From a virus, in the IMG/VR virus record IMGVR_UViG_3300025127_000022, positions 12,276 to 76,275 of that record: a stretch of DNA of 64,000 nt; one strand, given 5' to 3'. The notes under the pieces are model-generated. The model did no database searches. It was not told the origin of the DNA and worked only from the letters and a program-made list of their open reading frames with translations. The first letter of the stretch is position 1. Every line of letters begins with the position of its first letter. Shown here piece by piece: positions 1-9,561 of the stretch. Made by a program: the position numbers and the translations under genes.

Positions 1-312
1 CCTAAACCACCAAAGGAGCCAATTGAAGATATTATTCCTATAGCACTACCTAGCCCTGGTCCTATTACTAGTCCTATTGTTACACCACCAGCAGCACCAA
101 CATCACCCACACCAACACAACCTGAGGATAATGAAGAGATTAACAGACCTTTAAGTTTGAGTTGTTGTAAAAAATGTGATAACGGGATGTACACTAATAG
201 ATGTTTTCCGTTTGATAGTGATGAGGATGAAGATTGTAGGTTCCCTACTCTAGAAATTTGTGAAGATGAAAGTGACCCTAAACTTCCATCTATGTTAGAT
301 ATTTTCGCTTAG
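1..312 (+). CDS. 3' part of a Pro-rich/Cys-rich protein (starts before window)
   Basis: Frame 1 is open from base 1 (PKPPKEPIED...CCKKCDNG...RC...DC...EIC) to TAG at 310-312. Confidence 0.7.
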   Translation, partial: PKPPKEPIEDIIPIALPSPGPITSPIVTPPAAPTSPTPTQPEDNEEINRPLSLSCCKKCDNGMYTNRCFPFDSDEDEDCRFPTLEICEDESDPKLPSMLDIFA

Positions 313-516
313 TAAACTAGAAAGTTTTTCTCTTTCTTCTCTCATCCCATCCAAAGTCCACCCATCATAGTAACGTCCATGAGATATTTCTATAGTTAGT
401 TGATTTATCCTGTTTTTTATTTTGTTCTTTTCAATAGGACTTAACCCTTCTACCCAGGAAAGTAATTCACTTTTACTAGTAGAACGATATTCATCCCAAA
501 ATGTATCTTTATTCAT
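295..516 (-). CDS. hypothetical protein
   Basis: 73-aa ORF overlapping the end of the dCMP deaminase gene on the same strand. Confidence 0.6.
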   Translation of the reverse strand: MNKDTFWDEYRSTSKSELLSWVEGLSPIEKNKIKNRINQLTIEISHGRYYDGWTLDGMREEREKLSSLLSENI

Positions 517-964
517 CTTTTATAAATTTAACTTTTACACCACATTCATCAAACATTTGTTTAGAGATTTTCCACGATTCACCCCACTTGTGGTGTTTCC
601 AGTCGGGTTTAGGTGAATAAACTTCTTTAATTCCAGATTGGATTATAGCTCTTGCACAATCACAACAAGGAAAATATGTGACGTACATTTTACAACCATC
701 TAAAGATACACCATTTCTTCCTGCAGCATAAATAGCATTTCTTTCAGCATGTTCTACCCACATGTATTTTAATGGTTTTTCGTATCTTTTTTTAATGTCT
801 ACATTATCTAAGTCACAATTATTAGGTAAACCATTATATCCCATAGATTTTTCTCTATTATCTTGACCTACTATTACAGCTCCACATTTCCTATTAGGGT
901 CTCTAGACCATTTAGAAATATGATTCGCTAAGTCTAAAAATCTTTTATTCCAGTTAGTTGACAT
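509..964 (-). CDS. dCMP deaminase (ComEB family)
   Basis: S-x-D-P...GAVIV, GYNG, HAERNAI and PCxxC zinc motifs. Confidence 0.93.
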   Translation of the reverse strand: MSTNWNKRFLDLANHISKWSRDPNRKCGAVIVGQDNREKSMGYNGLPNNCDLDNVDIKKRYEKPLKYMWVEHAERNAIYAAGRNGVSLDGCKMYVTYFPCCDCARAIIQSGIKEVYSPKPDWKHHKWGESWKISKQMFDECGVKVKFIKDE

Positions 965-1307
965 TTTGATTATCTAATTTTTCTTCAATACGTTCTATTA
1001 AGTTTTTACAGTCTTCTATATCTGTATGAGTTTCTAATAGAGTATTAAATAAAGAATCGTTTTCCTCTTCATCTGGAAAACCGTTTTTATTTTTATCTAT
1101 TGGGTAAAATTTGTAAGGGATTGTATCCCAAGTACCATCTGACCATAAAATAATTTCTTCTTCTGTAAGAATTTTACACGTATCTTTTTTTACATTTTTA
1201 ACTATTTTTTCATGTGTGTTATCTTTTTTTTGATTTACACTACAAACATAAAAAATACCTATAAAAAATCCCCAGAATAATAAGGAACCTAATCTTTTTT
1301 TGTTCAT
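954..1307 (-). CDS. hypothetical membrane-anchored protein
   Basis: N-terminal hydrophobic segment; overlaps the start of the deaminase gene. Confidence 0.6.
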   Translation of the reverse strand: MNKKRLGSLLFWGFFIGIFYVCSVNQKKDNTHEKIVKNVKKDTCKILTEEEIILWSDGTWDTIPYKFYPIDKNKNGFPDEEENDSLFNTLLETHTDIEDCKNLIERIEEKLDNQNVN

Positions 1308-1398
1308 CTCTAATCTTTTTAATAACGATAATTAAATGAAGTTAAAAATTCAAGCGTTATCCATACGTTTAACCAGCCAACTTTAATACAAAGTTAAG

Positions 1399-1406
1399 TA
1401 TTTATA
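1399..1406 (+). promoter_or_regulatory. TATTTATA late-type promoter motif for the 1422-7126 cassette
   Basis: Same motif precedes terL, protease, scaffold and about 20 other genes. Confidence 0.6.
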
Positions 1407-1418
1407 GTAAAACTTTAA

Positions 1419-1919
1419 TTGATGAAAAAATTCTTAATTTATTTTAATTTATTAGTATTTGTAACTTTATTTTGGGGTTGTGAAAAGGAAGACTTCGAAC
1501 CTATAGTTTACGATGCTACTGAAAGAAATCTAGAAGGTGTATGGGAAATGACTAGTTTTAAATTTAGAGAAATAAATCAATGTGCTGATGTTGAGGACTC
1601 CACACTTAATTTAGGTACAGTCGTTATTACTGATAAATTAGACTTCAACTCCATATACGGTACTAGAGATGAGGGTTATCCAGCTGAAATGAGATGGGGT
1701 AACAATGAAAACTCAGAACTAGAAGCAAACTCACTACTAGGGTGGGAATGGTGTGAAGAAAAACCTCTATGTAATATCACTTCCTTTGACTATGACTTAG
1801 AAGGTGACCAGTTAATAATAGGTAATGAAATTTGGTTAGTGACCACTTCATTTGCAGATATATTGGTATTAACCAATAGCCGTGGTACCCAATACAGAGA
1901 GTTAGTATTAGAGAAGTAA
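1419..1919 (+). CDS. lipoprotein, lipocalin-like (probable start 1422)
   Basis: Signal peptide II ending FWG-C followed by EKEDFE; LEGVW motif typical of Bacteroidota lipocalin-like lipoproteins. Confidence 0.7.
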   Translation: MMKKFLIYFNLLVFVTLFWGCEKEDFEPIVYDATERNLEGVWEMTSFKFREINQCADVEDSTLNLGTVVITDKLDFNSIYGTRDEGYPAEMRWGNNENSELEANSLLGWEWCEEKPLCNITSFDYDLEGDQLIIGNEIWLVTTSFADILVLTNSRGTQYRELVLEK

Positions 1920-2308
1920 TGGAAAAGTATATCTATAGAGCTAAATTAGAGAGAGTAATCGATGGTGACACTATTGATGCTCTTATCGATGTTGGTTTCG
2001 ATATCTGGGTCAAAAAACGAATTAGATACAAAGGCATTGATACTTGGGAATCTAGAACCAGAAACCTAGAAGAAAAGAAAAAAGGTTTAGCTGCGAAAAC
2101 TAGAAATCAACAATTATTGGAAGAGATAAGTTCTAAACCAGGATTCTTTAGACTAAAATCTTACGGTGTTGGAAAATACGGTAGGGTGTTAGGTGAAATT
2201 TTTATTTTAGATAAAGACGATAAACCTATTAGTATAAATGAAACATTAATAAAGGAGGGCCACGCCTATGTTTATGAAGGTGGTAAAAAAAAATTATTTA
2301 AAGGATGA
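1919..2308 (+). CDS. thermonuclease (SNase-like) nuclease
   Basis: RVIDGDTID, RIRxxGIDTxE, GKYGRVLG and EGHA motifs. Confidence 0.88.
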   Translation: MEKYIYRAKLERVIDGDTIDALIDVGFDIWVKKRIRYKGIDTWESRTRNLEEKKKGLAAKTRNQQLLEEISSKPGFFRLKSYGVGKYGRVLGEIFILDKDDKPISINETLIKEGHAYVYEGGKKKLFKG

Positions 2309-5300
2309 AAAAGTTACTATTCTTACTATGTTTAATACCAACTATCGTATTAGGACAAAGCAGTTGGTTTAATTTACAAATACAATATGATTTTTATGCA
2401 CCGTCAGAGTCTTCAGTTCTGATTAATGGTAATGGTGATACCGTACTCACGCATCAACCCACTCAACCATATGAGTTCTTTCAGACAATAGTATATGTAG
2501 ATTCTGGAGCATTTACCGTAAGTTTATATGATTCATTTGGAGATGGTTGGATAGACTTTAACCAAACAGATGTGTGGGTTAAAGTTTCAAATCAATGTCA
2601 AGGTTCTATACTAAATTTAGACGCAGCTTTTAATTTTACACAATTTGATACGGTAATAAACATATTACCTTGTCCCCCACCTATATTGGGGTGTACAGAT
2701 ACCATGGCTACAAATTATGACCCTACCGCTTATTTAGATGATGGAAGTTGTTCATATATTTTTGGTTGTACTGACCCCAATGCTGTTAACTACGACCCTA
2801 ATGCGGCGATAGAGTTAGAAGGTGATGTGGAAATATCTTCCTGTAATTCTATATGGACACAAAATTATTTTGGGATAAATTTAAATTTTTACAATTCAAA
2901 TTCTTCCGCTTTTTCTATAGGTGATAAAATTATTGTAGGTGGAATCGACTATTGGATTGACGCTATAGTACTCCCTACCAACTGTAACTCAAATGTAGCT
3001 TTAATTTATGTTGCTAATAGTCCATATGCTGTTGATGGTTCATGGACTTCTGTAGGTGGAGTGTTACAAAATCCAGTTGGGTTACAAGATAATTGGTCTA
3101 TTGGTGGTTGTTATTACAATCCAGGATGTACCAACCCTATGTATGTAGAATTTGACCCTAACGCTGATTTTGATGATGGTAGTTGTCAGACACTTGCAGT
3201 ATTTGGATGTACGGATAGTACCGCAATTAATTTTAATCCCTGGGCAGATAACGATAACGGTTCTTGTATTTTACCTCCTTCATGTGGTTTCACTGAGTTT
3301 GAATGTCAAGTTTCTCTTACTCTAGATAATTACCCAGGTGAGACTGGATGGTTAGTTACTGCGGATAATGGAACTACAGTAGATACTGTATATTATGTAC
3401 CACCAGGTTCATATAACTTTGGTCAGTCTGGAACTGTAGTTAATACAAATTTTTGTGTACCAGCGAATCTTAGTACATTTATAACTTTTACTTTAACAGA
3501 TTCTTACGGTGACGGTTTAGCTGGAACTACTACTGGTGGTACTGTTGATGGTGATGTTATAGTTGAAAATATTTCATGTGGTGACACTATATTTGAGTTA
3601 CCTAACCCGTCTTTTGGTAGTTCAGTTTCTAGTGATGGGACGTACTCTAGTCCATGGCCTATGTTATGTAACGGGTTGTTAATAGTTCCTGGATGTATGG
3701 ACCCACAATATCAAGAATATAATCCTTTAGCTACCAATGACGACGGAAGTTGTCAAACATTACACATTTACGGATGTATGGATACCACATCATTTAACTA
3801 TGATTCAAACGCTACTTCTCCAGCTTACATTAGTCCTACACAATATCAAGTAATTTTAGAAGATGACGGAGGTGATGGATGGGGGAATTCCTTTATTGGT
3901 TTACGTCAAGGGAATCAATTATGGGATTTTAAATTAGACCCAGGAGTTTTCGTAGATACATTCTATATTGATTTAACTGTAGACGTATATCAAACACCTT
4001 TAGAGATGTTTTATTTCGAAATACCTTTACCACAACAAAACCCGTCTCAGCTCCAAATTCAAACTATTCAAAATTCAGTTGTGGTTAAAAATGATTATGG
4101 GACAATAATAGAAGAAGGGACTTACCCTTGGGCTAATGGAAATAAACTGAAAAATTTTAATGGTCCTCAGGACATATACAACGCTATTCCTTTTGGTGGG
4201 TATGATTGTACACCCAAAATTTATGGTTGTACAGATTCTACCGCACATGTAGATTCTTATAATCCTAACGCTAATACAGATGATGGTTCATGTTTTTATA
4301 ATCCTGAATGTAACAATGCAGGATTTGTTGAATTTTGGGAGGCTGATTCTACAGTGGTAGATTATTGGAGCATAGATTACTGTTACACTACTGCTATTTT
4401 TGGTTGTACTGACAGTACAATGTTTAATTATAATTCTTTAGCAAATGTAGATAATGGTTCTTGTATTCCATATATCTACGGTTGTACGGACCCTACAATG
4501 TTTAATTATAATTCACAAGCAAATGTAGATGATAGTAGTTGTGTACCTTTCACTTATGGTTGTACTGACCCTACGATGTTTAATTATGACCCAGTTGCTA
4601 ATGTAGATGATGGTACTTGTATACCATATGTGTATGGTTGTACTGATAGTACAATGTGGAATTACGACCCCTTAGCAAATACCGATAATGGGAGTTGTCA
4701 ACCATATGTTTACGGGTGTATGGACCCTAATGCGTTTAATTATAATCCTTTAGCTAATACTAATCAGGTATCCGCTAACGACTTCTCCAACCCTTGTGTC
4801 CCAGTAATTTATGGTTGTACAGATTCAACAGCATTTAACTACGACTCTAATGCTAATACAGATGATGGTTCATGTATAATAACTGTTTACGGGTGTACAG
4901 ATGTTACTGCGTATAATTATTTACCTACCGCTAATACAGATGATGGTAGTTGTTTATATGACGCTGGTTGTATAGATGGTCCTGGTGTACCTTATTGGTT
5001 GAATGACACTTGTTACGCTTGGGTTATTTCAGTAGACCCTTATTGTTGTAACAATGTGTGGGACTCCTTTTGTCAAGCAGAATATAATTTCTGTCAAGAT
5101 GGTACTCCATTAAATCTAGATGAAGTAGAAGATAATGGACGTAAAATTATAGTCTACCCTAACCCAACACAAGAACTTATTAATATAAAACATAACTTAA
5201 AAACTAATGTAATAGTAGAAATTAGAGATATGATGGGTAAATTAGTTACCACTTCTACTAATCAAAATAAAATTGATGTATCATTTTTATCTAGAGGTTT

Positions 5301-5361
5301 ATATAACCTAACTATTAAATCTGATGAAATTATAGTAACTAAAAGAATTATTAAACAATGA
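2305..5361 (+). CDS. secreted repeat protein with T9SS type-A C-terminal sorting domain
   Basis: Sec signal peptide; about 14 GC(T/M)DxxxxNYxxxANxDDGSC repeats; C-terminus VYPNP...IRDMMGK...IDVSFLSRGLYNL...KRIIKQ. Confidence 0.85.
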   Translation: MKKLLFLLCLIPTIVLGQSSWFNLQIQYDFYAPSESSVLINGNGDTVLTHQPTQPYEFFQTIVYVDSGAFTVSLYDSFGDGWIDFNQTDVWVKVSNQCQGSILNLDAAFNFTQFDTVINILPCPPPILGCTDTMATNYDPTAYLDDGSCSYIFGCTDPNAVNYDPNAAIELEGDVEISSCNSIWTQNYFGINLNFYNSNSSAFSIGDKIIVGGIDYWIDAIVLPTNCNSNVALIYVANSPYAVDGSWTSVGGVLQNPVGLQDNWSIGGCYYNPGCTNPMYVEFDPNADFDDGSCQTLAVFGCTDSTAINFNPWADNDNGSCILPPSCGFTEFECQVSLTLDNYPGETGWLVTADNGTTVDTVYYVPPGSYNFGQSGTVVNTNFCVPANLSTFITFTLTDSYGDGLAGTTTGGTVDGDVIVENISCGDTIFELPNPSFGSSVSSDGTYSSPWPMLCNGLLIVPGCMDPQYQEYNPLATNDDGSCQTLHIYGCMDTTSFNYDSNATSPAYISPTQYQVILEDDGGDGWGNSFIGLRQGNQLWDFKLDPGVFVDTFYIDLTVDVYQTPLEMFYFEIPLPQQNPSQLQIQTIQNSVVVKNDYGTIIEEGTYPWANGNKLKNFNGPQDIYNAIPFGGYDCTPKIYGCTDSTAHVDSYNPNANTDDGSCFYNPECNNAGFVEFWEADSTVVDYWSIDYCYTTAIFGCTDSTMFNYNSLANVDNGSCIPYIYGCTDPTMFNYNSQANVDDSSCVPFTYGCTDPTMFNYDPVANVDDGTCIPYVYGCTDSTMWNYDPLANTDNGSCQPYVYGCMDPNAFNYNPLANTNQVSANDFSNPCVPVIYGCTDSTAFNYDSNANTDDGSCIITVYGCTDVTAYNYLPTANTDDGSCLYDAGCIDGPGVPYWLNDTCYAWVISVDPYCCNNVWDSFCQAEYNFCQDGTPLNLDEVEDNGRKIIVYPNPTQELINIKHNLKTNVIVEIRDMMGKLVTTSTNQNKIDVSFLSRGLYNLTIKSDEIIVTKRIIKQ
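4400..4955 (+). repeat. coding tandem repeat, about 78-nt (26-aa) period
   Basis: Recurrent ggttgtac(t/a/g)ga...tttaatta...gc(t/a)aat...gat(g/a)atgg units. Confidence 0.85.
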
Positions 5362-6443
5362 AAAAATTATTAGTAATCTTATTATTAACTCCGATTGTTT
5401 TATTGGGGCAAACAGAAAAAAACTCTGTTAAAAAAGAACCTTCTAAATTTTCAAAAGAAGTAAAACGTGTATTTAAGTACTCAACATTTTACGCCGCGAT
5501 GAATGGTAGTAATTCGATTTCAGATGGGGACTTATATACGATTACCCCACAAGGTCAACTATCTTATGATAGAGAACAAACACCTTTTGACTTTTCTATT
5601 GCTTTAGGAATTAGAAAACGTGCAAGATTCGGATATGAAAATAGAGCTAATACATTTTATGATGGGACTGAAAAATCATTAAGTGACGCATCTACCATAG
5701 GTAAGGTTAAAGGATTTGAATACCTAGCTGAAATAGACTATAGAAGATTGTTAGGTGAAAATTACCTAAATCAACATTATTTTTTAAGATATGTAGCTAA
5801 ACACTGGTTAGCCAAAGTGGAATATTTAGAAAATAATTTTACTGATATCAGTTTTTATGAAGCATCACAAAGATATAGATACAACGTAAATAATAAATTA
5901 TCTTTTAATCTTGGTTTAGTACAAAGAATTTCTGCCCCTTATGGTTATGACCCAGTAGAAGAATGGTTAATAGAAAATGATTACGCCGACTACACCTATC
6001 TAGCACAAGAAGAAGGTTATAGTTTTGACCCTAACAATGGTAATTATTACAATGCTGATGGTACTTTAGTTGCCACTAGTAGTGCAGTTTTTGAAAATAC
6101 AGTAATACCTACAGTGATTAGTGACTATAGTAGACGTAAAAGGGGTGAAATACCATCACAGTGGTCTCACTCTTTAATTATAGGTGGTGATTACTACCAC
6201 TTTACAGATGATTTTTGGACCCACGCTTGGATTAACGTATTACCATATCATTTAGATATTGGGAAAGATTACTCTTACCACCGTTTTAATGAAAATAAAA
6301 ATTGGATAGATTATGGTGGAGGTTTAATTTTTGGTTGGAGAATAACTAAAAGTTTAGGAATCTTCCTTGAAGGAAACTACACGAAGTATTGGAATCGTGA
6401 GTGGCATGATTTTAAGGTGGGTGCTAACTATATTATATTTTAA
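5358..6443 (+). CDS. putative outer-membrane beta-barrel protein
   Basis: Signal peptide, aromatic-rich alternating strands, C-terminal FKVGANYIIF ending in Phe (BAM beta-signal-like). Confidence 0.65.
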   Translation: MKKLLVILLLTPIVLLGQTEKNSVKKEPSKFSKEVKRVFKYSTFYAAMNGSNSISDGDLYTITPQGQLSYDREQTPFDFSIALGIRKRARFGYENRANTFYDGTEKSLSDASTIGKVKGFEYLAEIDYRRLLGENYLNQHYFLRYVAKHWLAKVEYLENNFTDISFYEASQRYRYNVNNKLSFNLGLVQRISAPYGYDPVEEWLIENDYADYTYLAQEEGYSFDPNNGNYYNADGTLVATSSAVFENTVIPTVISDYSRRKRGEIPSQWSHSLIIGGDYYHFTDDFWTHAWINVLPYHLDIGKDYSYHRFNENKNWIDYGGGLIFGWRITKSLGIFLEGNYTKYWNREWHDFKVGANYIIF

Positions 6444-6457
6444 TACATAATTTAACA

Positions 6458-6748
6458 ATGACAAAAGAATTAAATGAAGACACATCGTTTAAAGTCAGTA
6501 TTAAGACTTTAATTGCGATTGCAGCAGGAATAGCAACTGTGGTGGGAATGTGGTTTGCACTACAAGCTGATATAGAAGAAGCTAAAAAATTACCTGTACT
6601 AGAAATACCAGAACCCGAAGTTACTAGAATGGAATTTGACATGAAAGACCAATTAATTAGACAAACTATCATGACAACCCAACAAGATGTTGAAGAAATA
6701 AAGGAGGATTTAAAACGAATCGAGGAAAAACTGGATAAACTTAGATAA
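6458..6748 (+). CDS. single-TM coiled-coil membrane protein
   Basis: TM LIAIAAGIATVVGMWFAL followed by a heptad-like C-terminus. Confidence 0.65.
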   Translation: MTKELNEDTSFKVSIKTLIAIAAGIATVVGMWFALQADIEEAKKLPVLEIPEPEVTRMEFDMKDQLIRQTIMTTQQDVEEIKEDLKRIEEKLDKLR

Positions 6749-6760
6749 CCTAACTAATTA

Positions 6761-7126
6761 ATGAAAACTTTTAAAATCTTATCTGCTTTAATATTAACAT
6801 TAATGTGTTTTACCGCACAAGCACAAAGTAAAATGAATAAAATTCCTCAGTATGGGGTAGTGGTGGTAGAATTTAACGCTGGATGGAATTCCTCTAAAAA
6901 TGTTACTTGGATTAACAAGTTAAAAGAGGCAGAAGTGGGGAGACTCTTGATAGACGAAAATCCTAAATTCCAATCAAAATATAAAATAGTGGTTGTGCCG
7001 ACTCTAATAGTCTTTAAAGATGGTGTGGAAGTGCAAAGATTCCAAGCTAATATTATGATGGACATGGAAGCTACTTTAGAAGATGTTCAAGAGGGTGTGG
7101 ATGATGCACACATGGAAGGATTTTAA
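6761..7126 (+). CDS. exported thioredoxin-fold protein lacking CxxC
   Basis: Signal peptide; VVVEFNAGWN replaces FxAxWCxxC; YKIxxVPTLIVFKDG cis-Pro motif. Confidence 0.75.
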   Translation: MKTFKILSALILTLMCFTAQAQSKMNKIPQYGVVVVEFNAGWNSSKNVTWINKLKEAEVGRLLIDENPKFQSKYKIVVVPTLIVFKDGVEVQRFQANIMMDMEATLEDVQEGVDDAHMEGF

Positions 7127-7365
7127 CGTCTAAAACCTTTTATTTCAGTTCTAGTTCCCATTCCAATCATAGTATTAATAAAATTAATCCTTTCTTCTAT
7201 TTTGTTCTTAGCGATTTGTAAAATTTCTAAATCAAATTCTGAGTCTACCCAATTTACAAAATCCTCACTACTAAAAGAAGCTTCATAATTTGTCAAATCG
7301 ACCTCTTCTTCTATTTTATTTAGAAGTTTTTGATACTGGTGTTCTGTTAAAATAACTTTAGACAT
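7123..7365 (-). CDS. small protein with class-A leader
   Basis: MSKVILTEHQYQKLL; minus-strand TATTTATA at 7382-7389. Confidence 0.7.
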   Translation of the reverse strand: MSKVILTEHQYQKLLNKIEEEVDLTNYEASFSSEDFVNWVDSEFDLEILQIAKNKIEERINFINTMIGMGTRTEIKGFRR

Positions 7366-7496
7366 GTACTATTCTTTTTATTATAAATACTTATAAGTTA
7401 GGCAAGTTACTCCACCGAATAAACTTAATTTATTTATAGGACACGTTACACTTTTAAGATAATTTTTCCTATATTTGTATCACAAAAAAAAATGTT

Positions 7497-7706
7497 ATGG
7501 GAAAAATGAAAGAAGTTTTTATGAAAGAAAGAGAATCAGAAAATGATAAATATGTAGATGAATCCTATTTTTATAATAAATGGAAAGAGGAACAACAAGA
7601 ACCAAAAAATTACATCGGTGGTGATGAAGATTTTGTAGACTTTGTTGATGAATTACCTCCTGTAGTTCGAGAATATAAACCTGTGGACGATTCTAACGAA
7701 TACTGA
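7497..7706 (+). CDS. small acidic hypothetical protein
   Basis: Preceded by host-type TATATTTG at 7470-7477. Confidence 0.65.
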   Translation: MGKMKEVFMKERESENDKYVDESYFYNKWKEEQQEPKNYIGGDEDFVDFVDELPPVVREYKPVDDSNEY

Positions 7707-7760
7707 TATCTTTTCTTTAAAAATTTTCTTCTTTTATACCTGGGTGGGTTAACCGCTAAC

Positions 7761-7877
7761 TTAAATTGAATCACCATATTTGTCTTTTAAGTATTTGTGC
7801 CATTCTTCTTGTTTTCTTCCGTTTACAAACATCCAACCTATTCTAAGGTCAAACCATCTTCTTAATTTTTTAATCAT
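7761..7877 (-). CDS. 38-aa hypothetical protein (not in ORF track)
   Basis: MIKKLRRWFDLRIGWMFVNGRKQEEWHKYLKDKYGDSI; overlaps the stop of the upstream same-strand gene. Confidence 0.5.
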   Translation of the reverse strand: MIKKLRRWFDLRIGWMFVNGRKQEEWHKYLKDKYGDSI

Positions 7878-8118
7878 ATTTAGTTTTTTTAATGTTTACA
7901 GTTATACCAGCTTTTCCTACCGATAAATCGTAAGTGTTACTTCTATTGTCATTTATGAATCCATAATCTTTAAAATAAAAAATAATTACTTCTTCATCAT
8001 TTAACCATCCATGGATAGCGTTAGTAGCGTAGTCAATTGAGGGGTGTTTTATATATTCCATCTTCCAAGACTCACGGTATTCCTCAACTAGTTCATCAGG
8101 GGTTATATGTATTATCAT
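7870..8118 (-). CDS. hypothetical protein
   Basis: 82-aa ORF in operon with thyA. Confidence 0.65.
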   Translation of the reverse strand: MIIHITPDELVEEYRESWKMEYIKHPSIDYATNAIHGWLNDEEVIIFYFKDYGFINDNRSNTYDLSVGKAGITVNIKKTKYD

Positions 8119-8120
8119 TT

Positions 8121-9128
8121 TTAATTACTAAGAGGTGCTTTAATCGGTGAGTGTGGGTTATAGTTTTCGAGAGACACTTCAGCGTATCCTAGTAACAAAT
8201 CTAGATTACCTACCTTAACGTTTGGTAACTCCATAGGTTCTCTACTTAATTGTTCCTTAGCTTGTTCAAGATGATTGTTATATAAATGTACATCACCTAA
8301 ATTTCCTATTAATTCACCTGGTACCATATTAACTTCTTTAGCGATTAATTTTAAAAGTAACCCATAAGATGCTATGTTGAATGGTAAACCTAAAAAGGTA
8401 TCTACAGAACGTTGGTTCCACATTAATGATAATATTCTTTTAGGTACTCTTAAAGAATCTAATTTAATGTGTGAATCTACATCATGTTCACAAAATTCCT
8501 GTCTTTCTTTTAGACTTAACTCTCTTGTATAAACTTGAAATCCATAATGACATGGTGGGAGAGTCATTTTATCTAGTTCACTCACATTCCATGCGTTAAC
8601 CATTAATCGTCTACTGTCTGGATTTGTTTGAAGTTCCTTTATAAGATTTTTGATTTGGTCAACAGAAGATTTGACATTAGGAAATGAGCCTTCATCAATT
8701 AATTGGTTATCGTATTTATCCCAATTCCTCCATTGTTTACCATACACTGGACCTAAATCACCCCACTTCTTTGCGAACTCACCATCTGTTTTTATTGCAT
8801 CAATGAATTCTGGTTGTGTCATCGTAGGGTAGGGATATGGAGATTCTTGACAATAAGCCTTATATGCGTCACCATCCCAAATATGACAATTGTTATCAAC
8901 AAGATATTTGATGTTTGTATCACCACGTAAGAACCATAATAATTCTGTCACAATTCCTTTCCAATACATTTTCTTTGTTGTTAGTAATGGAAAACCATTT
9001 TTCATATTATGTCTCACCGTGTAACCAAATATAGATTTGGTTCCTGTGCCTGTTCTGTCTTCTTTATCCACACCATACTCCAGTATAGTTTTAAGTAATT
9101 CTTGATATTGTTTATCTAAGTTGTTCAT
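8121..9128 (-). CDS. thyA: thymidylate synthase
   Basis: DRTGTGT, FPLLTTKK, LGPVYGKQWR, LPPCH, QRSVDxxLGLPFN and HLYxNH motifs. Confidence 0.97.
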   Translation of the reverse strand: MNNLDKQYQELLKTILEYGVDKEDRTGTGTKSIFGYTVRHNMKNGFPLLTTKKMYWKGIVTELLWFLRGDTNIKYLVDNNCHIWDGDAYKAYCQESPYPYPTMTQPEFIDAIKTDGEFAKKWGDLGPVYGKQWRNWDKYDNQLIDEGSFPNVKSSVDQIKNLIKELQTNPDSRRLMVNAWNVSELDKMTLPPCHYGFQVYTRELSLKERQEFCEHDVDSHIKLDSLRVPKRILSLMWNQRSVDTFLGLPFNIASYGLLLKLIAKEVNMVPGELIGNLGDVHLYNNHLEQAKEQLSREPMELPNVKVGNLDLLLGYAEVSLENYNPHSPIKAPLSN

Positions 9129-9502
9129 TTTATTATTTTAACCTCTTTGTTTTTTAATTCATCATAAATAAATTCAATTAATTCGTCAATACCGTATTCA
9201 CTTAAAAAGTCATCCCAGTCCATAGTAGAGTAGGTTTGATAGACAGTTTCTCTAGCGTAGTCCCAGTGGTCCTCAAAAGTTTCCAGGTCTCTTGTGTCCA
9301 TAAAACTATTAAAAGAATCTGTATCTAAGAATTCTTCTACATCCCCATCTTCAGTGTATTTCACAATAATAATTTCATCATAATCACCATAATAATAGAC
9401 ATCATATAAATTACCATCATATTCTACACATTCCTCCTTTTCTAAAGAATAGATATTTTTTTCAACGAAGGTTTTAAGTTGATTAAATTTAGATTTTTCC
9501 AT
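9125..9502 (-). CDS. acidic hypothetical protein
   Basis: 125-aa ORF with 4-nt overlap to the thyA start. Confidence 0.65.
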   Translation of the reverse strand: MEKSKFNQLKTFVEKNIYSLEKEECVEYDGNLYDVYYYGDYDEIIIVKYTEDGDVEEFLDTDSFNSFMDTRDLETFEDHWDYARETVYQTYSTMDWDDFLSEYGIDELIEFIYDELKNKEVKIIK

Positions 9503-9561
9503 AATACTCCAATAATAAGAATTAGGTGGTAAAGTATCAAGTATATGATATTTATAAAATA

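Noticed and set aside
4400-4955. Regular repeats resembling a CRISPR array
   Set aside because: They are degenerate in-frame coding repeats varying at synonymous sites; there are no identical repeats with unique spacers and no cas genes.
6761-7126. Active thiol-disulfide oxidoreductase for Cys-rich proteins
   Set aside because: The mature protein has no CxxC and no cysteine.
7123-7126. TTAA junctions as transposon target-site duplications
   Set aside because: No transposase or terminal inverted repeats; overlapping stop codons explain them.
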